This document shows, one piece after another, positions 52,776-64,000 of a DNA stretch of 64,000 bases (its first letter is position 1; every line of letters begins with the position of its first letter). Below the pieces are notes generated by a model, which was given only the letters and a program-made list of their open reading frames with translations, did no database searches and had not been told where the DNA came from. The DNA is taken from the NCBI GenBank assembly GCA_964016885.1, contig OZ024741.1:153078001-153142000 (forward strand), given 5' to 3'. The translations under genes were made by a program, and so were the position numbers. This stretch comes from Eledone cirrhosa. Taxonomy: Eukaryota.

Positions 52776-53076
52776 ATGCCGATTCCTCTACGGATTATAG
52801 AACCAGTCCGATTAGGTAAGGGCTATAGGTGCACGTCAACGGATGACGTTAGTGACCCTAAATGCCCAAACCTTATCGTATCACAGACCGTGGCCAACAG
52901 TATTTTGTCCAGAGCTTTACTTCAACTGACCAGCCTGGTCAAACATGCTGATGGCATTTTTAATAATCTCTCCGACGAATGCCGGAAGGTCTATGATCGG
53001 ACTAACCGAATCAACACTCGGATTCTTACCTTAACGGAGAGTGTGGAAAATTTAAACCCTAAAAAGGAACCAATTC
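52776..53076 (+). CDS. First coding exon of a WAVE-homology-domain protein (NHS/NHSL/GUK-holder-like or WAVE/SCAR family actin regulator)
   Basis: MP.P.RIIEP..L...VANSILSRALLQLTSLVKHADGIFNNL..E...R...I..RI..L...V..LNPKKEPI matches the WHD pattern; AAAAATG start; phase-1 donor C|GTAAGT at 53077. Confidence 0.85.
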
Positions 53077-53225
53077 GTAAGTGAAACTTTCATTCTTTCA
53101 GCTTCATACCACCTATTATTGTATTTTTATCATCAATATTTTTCTTTTCATCTGTTGGTTGTATATTTTTTTCAATTTTCTTTTTATTACTTTACGGTCT
53201 ATGTTAAATATCACGTTCGAAATTT

Positions 53226-53263
<38 letters not shown>

Positions 53264-53754
53264 CAAGTACTAAGCTGATTTCTTAACTAGCAACTCCCCA
53301 TCTATCTCCTTCTCTTTCACACACACACACACGTGTGTGTGTGTGTGTATGTGTGTGTATGTGTGTGATATATAAAGTGTTTGCGTGATAAATATATATA
53401 TATAAAGTAGTTTTTCCTAAACTAGATGACACTATAATGCCTCTTCCATTCTCCTGGAATCTATAAATAAAATACCAGTTATATATTATAACAATTAAAA
53501 CAACCGTTTTTTTTTTTGTCTACCTTTGGTCTTAAACTAGAAAAATCAGCAAATATTCTTAATCGCGTATGAGTTTTCTTCGTGTCTTCCCTGGAAGGAA
53601 GGGGATACGGACGTGTCTTATTTCATAACTCCAACATTTTCCTAAAGTTTCCCTTCACTACCATGTTGTGCTTGTTGCTGAACCCTGCCTTAGCCTGCTT
53701 ATGATTAAAGGTGTTCCATCCCGTAATTTTCGAAGCTGTCGTGGTTTACATGTT

Positions 53755-53790
<36 letters not shown>

Positions 53791-55477
53791 CGTGCGCGCG
53801 AGTTGAGTTAGATTTGATTAGTATTACTACCGGGTCTAGCTACCATGTAGAAGTACCAACCTTGTAGTCTTATACTTGCATACAAGCCACACTGGCACAT
53901 AAATCGCCCTCCATTTTACAATATACGTATATTTTGACTTGAGGTTTTCTAGCAGCAGTAGATAAGTCGCATGCTGATCTTTCATGTCATATTAACAAGG
54001 GAAAAGGTACGACGTATACACGAGTATATATGGTGTATTTATATATCTGTATTTTGTTTTCTTATTTCTCGTCAGTATAGTTTTTTTTAAACTAAATAAT
54101 GTAATCATTGTTAACTGCACTGAGGTAAATAAAGAACTATTAATTGCACTGGGGTAGTGGGGTCCTTTGCAAACAAAGAAGCATGCGATCGATTCCCTAT
54201 CCGCTCTAACTTTTTTTTTTTTACGTTGGGGAAGGGGAGTCTGTTTATCTGTTGAATTCTTTATTTTGCTTTCGTTGCTGTAATTTTGTGGCTAATTAAT
54301 TGTATTCTTCATAATTTAACTATATTGGGGTGTGTTACTAACAAAGTAGTAGGTGTGTGTTCCATTTCCACTACTTCCCAAATATTCTGTTGCCTTTTAT
54401 GTTTGAAGGATTCGCATATCAACACATACACACACACACGGGGAAACCCCTACGAGGTTGCTAGACCTACTAGAAGTAACAGCCAAATTTGCCTGTTTTA
54501 AAATAATGCAGATGACATATTAGGTGATGCAGTCTTAATGCAGTGTTTAAATAAATGTGGGGATAGTCATAGGTGGAACGTCTTTAATAATAGGTTTGCT
54601 CAATCATTGCTGACCTGTGATTAAACAACACTAATAGCAATAACAACAAGTATACACGATATAATAAAGTCTGAATTTAATTTATAAATAGAGTATATAA
54701 TGAATCTATACAATACGCCGAAATTAATTTCTGATGCGATTCTTAAGGTCGCCCTTAAACAAGGTGTGTTATATCTCACAAACAAACCAGATTAATTTGA
54801 AATAAATACCGTTGTCTTCTCTCCCTCTTATAAACCAGTCTTTTTTATTTATTTAACAGATAAATATATTTTATATAACAGATAAATATATATTTTTTAA
54901 CAGATTTCCTAGATCTCAGAAATTTAACATTATGATGATGATGTAATGAAATACATTATTAATGTATTGTTTTATTGACATTTTTAAATTGTCGTTAAAA
55001 TTTAACGACGAAGATTGAAAATGTGAAATTTTTTAAAAATTAAATGATTGCTTGATCGTTAAAAATTGTCCACTTAATTTGGTTGACAACTTACACTTGC
55101 AAAAATGAGGGGCTCTCTACATAGTCACTTGAGTTGCTAAAGATAATAACCAAATCTACCTCAAACTCCACCTTTTCGTCTTCAAAAATGATACGTTGGA
55201 TAGATAGTATGGTCAAAGATTCTGGGTTGTTTGCACATAGGAAACAAAAGATGTGATGCTCACGGCTGGAATGTTTTTGATCATAAGTCTGCTTGATCAG
55301 GACTGACCTGGGGCTAAACAACAACCATACTCCTCCCCTCGCTCTCTCTCATTCTATTTCCCTGAGTCGGGATGAACATAGAATTTAACTGATGTTGGCA
55401 GAAATGTTCTGCTGGACAACAAACAAATCCAAAAATACAATCTTCAGTAACCTATCAATGCTGTTGTGGCCTATAAT

Positions 55478-55640
55478 AAATAGTTTCTACACTTAGCACA
55501 AGGCCAGCAATTTTGAAGAGAAGGGGAAAGATCGTTTATTTTATCAACGCCGTAAGGATGAAAGGCAAAGCTAACGTCGACAGGGTTTGAACTCAAAACG
55601 TAAAGAGACATAACTATATACTGCAAAACATGCTATCCAA
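55478..55640 (-). mobile_element. Diverged tRNA-derived SINE (intronic)
   Basis: AAGGATGAAAGGCAAAG and TTTGAACTC; another remnant at 56230-56340. Confidence 0.7.
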
Positions 55641-56462
55641 CACCACAAAGCTTGTGGATTCTTTATTACCCACAAAGGGCCCACATTAAAGAACAGCACA
55701 GTGTGGGATTTGGCGTGTAAAAAAATTAAAAGCAAAAGCAGGAAAAACAAAATCAAATTCTCTAAAAGTGGGAAGACTTCCGATGGTCACTAGTTAGGAG
55801 AACCCATAAAAAACATGGTTACCCTGAATAATGATAATAATCATTTCGGCACTTCTCTATTATTACACCCACCTTTTATATTGAAACATTATATAGATTA
55901 GGTTTAGAGTTAGCTAACGTTTGTTCCCGTTATTCAGCCACAAGGGCTGAAGACGTTGGGGGCAGTACTAGAGTGAAATACATAGAACAAGGAACAGTGT
56001 GGATGGGTTACGCTGGCCTTGTGCCTAAAGTAGAAACAATTATGTAAAAAGAGTCGGCTTAGCAATAAGAATAAGGACTCATTGATATATGTATGATCCT
56101 GTAACTCCTGAAGGAGTTGTAGGGGCGTTATATTAACATACGGCGTTTCTACGGCATTTTTTCAAACTGACGGACTCCATCTCCTCTACGGGTTTCAATA
56201 CAGCAGATTTCTTCTAGAGAAGAATAGAAATATAGAGGAAGAAAACGACCCAGTACTAGACTGGAACTTTTTTTTAAAACCTCGAATGGATGAAAGGCAA
56301 AGTTATCTGCGGCGAGATTTGAAATCAGAGAATAGAGAGCCAGAAAAAAATGTTTCAATGTTTTAAGTACTACGATATTTTAAACAAGTTATAATTCTCT
56401 CACTCTCTCTTTTATATATATATATATATTTATTTATATATATATATATTTATATTTATATA

Positions 56463-56542
<80 letters not shown>

Positions 56543-56670
56543 ATATATATATATATGTATGAATGAAGTAATTCCGTCGGAAAGGTCCAGGAAAAGAGAG
56601 TGCTCTATGTAGGTTACAGAGCTTAATCTTTATATATATATTTATATATATTTATATATATTTGTATATA

Positions 56671-56729
<59 letters not shown>

Positions 56730-56826
56730 TTATATATATATTTATATATTTATATATATATTTATATATATATTTATTTATATATATATTTATATATTTA
56801 TATATATATTTATTTATTTATATATA

Positions 56827-56871
<45 letters not shown>

Positions 56872-56954
56872 ATTTAAATATATATATATTTATATATATA
56901 TATATTTATATATATATATATTTATATATATTTATATATATATATATTTAAATA

Positions 56955-57021
<67 letters not shown>

Positions 57022-57024
57022 ATT

Positions 57025-57064
<40 letters not shown>

Positions 57065-57156
57065 TATATATATATATATTTATATATATTTATATATATA
57101 TATATATTTATTTATATATATATTTATATATTTATATATATATATATATATTTATT

Positions 57157-57187
<31 letters not shown>

Positions 57188-57202
57188 ATTTATATATATA
57201 TT

Positions 57203-57265
<63 letters not shown>

Positions 57266-57386
57266 ATATTTATATATATATATTTATATATATATTTATA
57301 TATATATATTTATATATATATTTATATATATATATTTATATATATATTTATATATATATTTATATATATATATTTATATATATATT

Positions 57387-57417
<31 letters not shown>

Positions 57418-57589
57418 ATTTATATATATATTTATATATATATTTATATTTATATATATATATTTATATATATATATATTTGTATATAGTAATAATAATA
57501 AATTTGAAGACTAAAATCCAAAGAGGGCTCGATAAGGATAAATATATATCAAATATATAAGAACCGTAGAGCAAATATTTATTAATATA

Positions 57590-57845
57590 ACACATTAAAG
57601 TTTAAGCAAAGAATCGCTGCTTTCACCCTTAACGGAATCTTCTGAAACTAACAAAGTCAATCTGTGAACGCAGAAGTGAGTATTTCAAAAAACGTTGCAA
57701 CCAAAGTATCGTCTTCTTGTCTTCCTCCGGTTGCAACGTTTTTTGAAATACTCATTTCTGCGTTCACAGATTGACTTTGTTAGTTTCAGAAGATCCCGTT
57801 AAGGGTGAAAGCAGCGATTCTTTGCTTAAACTTTAATCTGTTATT
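57590..57845. repeat. Fold-back element, arms about 112 bp (57590-57702 / 57729-57845); single copies at 22603-22728 and 38962-39030
   Basis: Reverse-complement arms; TA flanks. Confidence 0.88.
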
Positions 57846-57939
57846 TTCATAAATATATATATTTATATATATATATATATTTATATATATTTATATTTAT
57901 ATATATATTTATATATATATATATATTTATATATATATT

Positions 57940-57970
<31 letters not shown>

Positions 57971-58071
57971 TTATATATATATATATATTTATATATATAT
58001 TTATATATATATTTATATATATATATATTTATATATATATTTATATATATATATATATTTATATATATATT

Positions 58072-58124
<53 letters not shown>

Positions 58125-58147
58125 ATATTTATGTATATATATATATT

Positions 58148-58284
<137 letters not shown>

Positions 58285-58320
58285 ATGCTTTGGGAGGGTC
58301 ATGTTGCCAATTCAGAAACG

Positions 58321-58374
<54 letters not shown>

Positions 58375-58429
58375 GACAAGTAAGTATGTTTTGAAACAGT
58401 GAGCAGGTTTGAAATAAAAAATAGAATAG

Positions 58430-58557
58430 CTTTCACCGTATTTTTGACTAAAGAAATTTTAGTCTGATAATGGGGTTTAGAACCCTCAGATATTTATCTG
58501 AGGGTTCTAAACCCCATTATCAGACTAAAATTTCTTTAGTCAAAAATACGGTGAAAG
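58430..58557. repeat. Perfect palindrome, arms about 62 bp, 4-nt spacer
   Basis: CTTTCACCG...CTCAGAT attt ATCTGAG...CGGTGAAAG. Confidence 0.9.
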
Positions 58558-58588
58558 ATATATATATATATGTTTATATATATATATT

Positions 58589-58624
<36 letters not shown>

Positions 58625-58738
58625 TATATATATATATTTATATATATATATAGTTATATATATATGTATATATATATTTATATATATATATATTTATATA
58701 TATATATGTATATATATATATATCTTTATATATATATA

Positions 58739-58783
<45 letters not shown>

Positions 58784-58792
58784 TTATATATA

Positions 58793-58881
<89 letters not shown>

Positions 58882-59018
58882 TTATATATATATATATATA
58901 TTTATTTATATATATATATATATTTATTTATATATATATATATATATTTATTTATTTATATATATATATATATATTTATTTATATATATATATATATTTA
59001 TTTATATATATATATATA

Positions 59019-59051
<33 letters not shown>

Positions 59052-59060
59052 TTATTTATA

Positions 59061-59103
<43 letters not shown>

Positions 59104-59638
59104 TTATATATTTATATATATATATATATATATATTTTTATTTATATATATATATTTATATATTTATATATTTATATATTTATATTTATATATATATTTA
59201 TATTTATATATATATTTATATATTTATATATATATTTATGTATATATATTTATATATATATTTATGTATATATATTTATATATATATTTATATATATATA
59301 TTTATATATATATTTATATATATATATTTATATATATATTTATATTTATATATTTATATATATGTATATATATATTTATATATATATATATATATTCATA
59401 TATATATATATTTATATATATATATTTATATATATATATATTTATATATATTAGAAAGATCGAGTATCGAAAAATCGGCGCACGAGTTCACGATAAACAA
59501 AATTCGAAATGAGCGGCAGAGGGCTCAATAATTCACATATATATATATATACACATATATATATATACATATATATATACATATATACATATATATATAC
59601 ACATATATATATATATATACACACATATATATATATAC

Positions 59639-59693
<55 letters not shown>

Positions 59694-59804
59694 CATATAT
59701 ATATACATATATATACATATATATATACATATATATACATATATATATACATATACATATATATATACATATACATATATATATACATATATATATACAT
59801 ATAC

Positions 59805-59851
<47 letters not shown>

Positions 59852-60285
59852 TATACATATAGATATATATATATATATACATGTATATATATATATATTA
59901 TTGAGTAGAGAGAGAGATTTAGAGATTTAGGATCTTACTCCATTTGCTTTCAGGTTTAGAGTAAGAAAGTTAAGGTTTACTCTTATATACCCCCCCCCCC
60001 CCCTCTTTCATTCTACTGGGGAACACTGTTAGATTATGACTCATCGCGTCACTATATCCTGGTTACACCGTCATAACGTTTTGGCTCGCATATATATATA
60101 TATATATATATATACTCTTTTACCTCCCAGGTCACGGGATGTGGCCATACTGGTGCACTGCCATATATGCGTGTCTAAGTCGTTATGTGCACATATATGT
60201 ATGCTTGTGTGCATGCTGTGTTGTTATTTAAACCCATGTCAGCTGATCGAGCAGACCTCTTAATTAAGGGCGTTTCAAACGCCCC

Positions 60286-60339
<54 letters not shown>

Positions 60340-60345
60340 GTGTGT

Positions 60346-60434
<89 letters not shown>

Positions 60435-60921
60435 ATAAATATATATATAAATATATATATACTCATTTTATTAAGGCTGAACTTACTATTTAGCCTTAGG
60501 CATCGCGACCCTCGCAGAATAACGTAAAGTAAACAAATACCCAGGTTTGTCCGGCCGCTTCTTCTTCACACCGGTCGCCGTCGAGACCTCAGACGTACTT
60601 GGACCCCGTACTGCCGAGCTCTTCCGCAGGATCTGAACGTCGGCGGTCCGCCTGAGTCGCGAGCCCCGTGAGCTTTGGATGGCTGTTGTAGCGGGTGTCA
60701 CTGGCCGTCGTCCGCGGGAATGCTTTTGACGTCTTGTCCGTGGGACTCAGCACTCCTTGCCCTAGACCCAAAGCTCAATCACCCTCCCCTCTCTTCTGCG
60801 ACACCACAGCTCTTGCCACCCCCTTCCCGTTGCTTTTCTTCTTTCTTTTTCTGTATATTTCCCTATTCTTTCTTTCCCTTTTTCCCTTTTTTTTTCTATT
60901 ATTGCCGTTGTTATGGTTGTC

Positions 60922-61088
60922 ATTATGCTTTGACGCATAGTTACGGCCTTTGCCATTCTGAGTTCAAATCCAGCCGAGGTTAACTTTGCCTTTCATCCTT
61001 ATGGGGTCGATAAAATAAAGTACCAGTAATACACTGGGTAATTGGTGGCCTTGTGCCAAAAGTAGAAACAATTATTATTATTATTATT
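60922..61088 (+). mobile_element. tRNA-derived SINE with (ATT)n tail
   Basis: Same family as 13881. Confidence 0.88.
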
Positions 61089-61232
61089 GTTACTGTAAAT
61101 AACATCATGCTTATACAGTTTTTATCACATTTTCTCTAGTTTAATAAACTTCATCTGTCTGTCTATAAAAAAAAATAAAATTAATATTTAAACTCTACTT
61201 CGGTATTGAGTACTCTTTTATTTCAGCTATCA

Positions 61233-61273
<41 letters not shown>

Positions 61274-61593
61274 CAAGGGTTCTAAATATGTGAATTAATT
61301 TGAATAAACTGAGATTATCCCCGCTATTTCAAGGCAAAAACTCCATTTCGGAGGGGTTCAAACGCAGGAAAACAAAGGAGAGAACGCTTACCAATATCAA
61401 TAGATCCGACCATTTTAGACAATGCAACGGTGACTGGACTTTGTCTTAATCCTAACTTGGTGAAAGCAATGGATATGTGGGCATATTTCGATCATATTAG
61501 ATCTTTTCAGCGAAGCATATTTATTAGTGCATTGGCCTGACAGTGGATTTCTGTGAAAATCTAACTGCCAGAAACACATTTGTGTCCGCAGAT

Positions 61594-61632
<39 letters not shown>

Positions 61633-61721
61633 AAAGTCAATGAGTAAAAACAATACAGGAAAACGATACAGCACAATGATGATAAATATTAGTTTAACGC
61701 TTGATATACTAAGAAAATAGG

Positions 61722-61755
61722 CTTAACGCTTCGGACGTTAGTCCTTCATCAGAAG
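61722..61755 (-). ncRNA. Minimal PLE-type hammerhead remnant (GAAA mutated to GAAG)
   Basis: Minus strand CTT-CTGATGA-a-GGAC taac GTCC-GAAG-CGT-T|AAG, in a TA-flanked segment. Confidence 0.6.
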
Positions 61756-61914
61756 ATGAAATGAGAAATTGAAGAAATAGAAAGCCAGAGGAGAGTAAGA
61801 AGAGACAGGAACGGAATTCTTTTACAGGAGGAAAGCACGTGTATAGAATCAGCCATTTTGAGGAACTCAAATATATATGGTTTGATTATATTTTTAAGTG
61901 CCTCTTTGTATTAG

Positions 61915-61977
<63 letters not shown>

Positions 61978-62061
61978 CAGTGAATTGGCATAGTCGTAAA
62001 AACCAGATGGGCTTCCATGCTTTACGCATAGTTAAGGTTATATGCATGCATGCATGTGTGT

Positions 62062-62340
62062 GAAGGCGCGTGGCTTAGTGGTTAGATTGTTCGGCTCCCG
62101 GCAGCAAATTTTGTCCTTGAGTGATATATTTTATTTCACCTTGTACTCACTAGGAAAATCTTAGTTGCGTCTGTAATTTAAAGGGCCAGCCTTGTCAGAC
62201 AATGTATTTCTCTATGAATTACTTTAAGGGTACACGTATCTATAGAATGTTTGGACACTTGTAAGTTTATCTTACGAGCCTGCTATTCCGTGCTTCCAAC
62301 AACTGGAATACTTATCGTCGGAACCGACGGAGGTCCATCA
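62062..62340 (+). mobile_element. Second tRNA-derived SINE family; diverged relative at 62892-63215
   Basis: A-box GGCGCGTGGCTTAGTGGTTAG; shared body GCCTTGT...AAGGGTA..CGT.TCT.TA. Confidence 0.6.
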
Positions 62341-62709
62341 TGCACGCACGCACACACACGCACACAATAGGAATTCCGTGTGGTTTTCAACACTTGTGCT
62401 TAACGATGACGTGCATTTAAAAATCAGTTTAGTTGTTCTCTTTCAATGTATTATACGACTTTTGTTAATTAGTTTCATTTTAAAACTATCACATTTTTAT
62501 CGTTTGTTAAGAGGGGGGTTTCCCTTTCTCACTGTTTTCCATTAATATTAATAGCTGACTTAATCTCATCTTAAACACTACTTCATCCACACTTTTTCTC
62601 ACGTATTAGCAGGAAACCATTGCACTTTGTAATCTCTTCTGCTTCATTCCAAGTTGTTGACAAGTGAAATTCTCTTCGCATAAGTCTAGGACTATTAATG
62701 TCCTTACCA

Positions 62710-62890
62710 AGGCCAATAGATTGGTAGAATCATTAAAGTGTTATTTCTACTGGTTCTTTACATTCTGAGTTCAAATCCTGCTTTATAATCTTCCTGGGTT
62801 GATAAAATAAAGCATCAATGAAATATTGGGGACGAGTTAATCAACTATCTCCACTCTTCAAATTTCTGGCTTTGTGTCTGATTTAGAAAT
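62710..62890 (+). mobile_element. Diverged SINE of the first family
   Basis: GAGTTCAAATCC...GATAAAATAAAG. Confidence 0.6.
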
Positions 62891-63569
62891 GGACACCATG
62901 GCAGAATGTTTAAAAAGTTCGCCTCACAATCCTTTGGTGTGAAGTTAGATACTACTGCGTGACATCAGAGTCAATCTATGCCGTGTGAGTGAAATTGGAT
63001 GGTCGGAAACTGTTGGAAGACCATCGGATGGACTGTTACTGTAGTTCAAAGTGCCGGCCTTGTATTACACTGTTTCACACTGATTCTCCCTGAGAAATAC
63101 GTCAAGGGTATGCGTGTCTGTATATTATAGCTCGGCTACATAATTTCACACGCAGGCTGTTCCACTGGTTGAACAGCTGGAATATTTATAGTTGAAACTG
63201 ATGGCGGTTCATACAACTATTTGTGAAAAAAATGTTATTTTTTACTGGAAAGGTATGAATGCCACACAGTTTTCTTCTCCTAGTGTCTGTGACTAAGCAA
63301 AATCATTTTTATTGTAAAAAATATTTCTAACTTCAACACAAGGCCAAGTTGGGTAAAGAAAGCTATGGAAAGGAATTAGAAACTTGTCGTAGTAACTGTC
63401 CCGTGTCAATGAGTAAGCTTTGGGATATTGTTTAGTCCCTGACTGATCTAACATATGTGACTAACGGTGTTCAAAGCCGTCACTATCTCAACAACATTGC
63501 GCCGTATGATTTGAGGGAAATTTGACTGCTACTTCTGGTTGGTTTTGTTGATATTGTATAAACTAGTGA

Positions 63570-64000
63570 ATAATAATAATAATTTCTTTTATTTGCCACA
63601 AGGGCGTCGGGTGAAGGAGACAGTATAAAGAAAGGTTACATCATAAAGATGGTGGTTTATATAGAAATGAGAAAATGGGTAACAAGTATACGTGGTTTGC
63701 AAGTTAGGTATACATAGTTATAAGGTATACATATATATATAAGGTATCCAGTCCTCTTGGTATGGAGAGCTAAATACCTAAGGCTATTGAGGAAACCTAC
63801 AGATCCACAATCACCCTGACCCAAGAGCGAGTGCCCTCTCCCAACTGTCGTTGTCTAGCCTACAGGCACAAGCTACTTTCACCAACCTTTTGGTAAATTT
63901 ACTAGAGGAGAGCACTTCCCTCTCCACACTCATCTTCCTTTCCATGTGAAACTTGAAAAAGATTGGTGAGAGCTTGACCGAAGAGGAATATGTCTGTTTT
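63570..64000 (-). mobile_element. Possible LINE (L1/Tx1-like) 3' end fragment
   Basis: Minus strand FFKFHMERKMSVEREVLSSSKFTKRL followed by a UTR ending AATAAA and (ATT)n. Confidence 0.4.

Noticed and set aside
60486-60830. GC-rich segment as a second exon of the WHD gene
   Set aside because: No recognisable protein similarity or clear splice frame; may be a TE fragment

Overview
Repeat-rich, AT-rich animal genomic DNA; the SINE types and microsatellite load suggest an octopus or other cephalopod (inference). Positions 1-13.6 kb are satellite, minisatellite and triplet repeats. Positions 13.6-52 kb are a nest of retroelement and DNA-transposon relics: Penelope-like elements (RT plus GIY-YIG), RTE-derived elements, a CRE-like fragment, tRNA-type SINEs, mariner, hAT and a non-autonomous Helitron. 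The only credible host coding sequence is a first exon (52776-53076) encoding a WAVE-homology domain (NHS/GUK-holder/WAVE family). The main hidden signal, found by folding by eye, is more than 20 type I hammerhead ribozyme motifs from about 10 unrelated sequence families. They sit in Penelope pseudo-LTRs, in 457-591 bp tandem retrozyme-like units and in head-to-head fold-back insertions, nearly all anchored in (TA)n microsatellites. Several show core variants (U3-A8 covariation, unpaired 10.1/11.1, long stem II insertions). Most ORFs in the supplied track are microsatellite artefacts.
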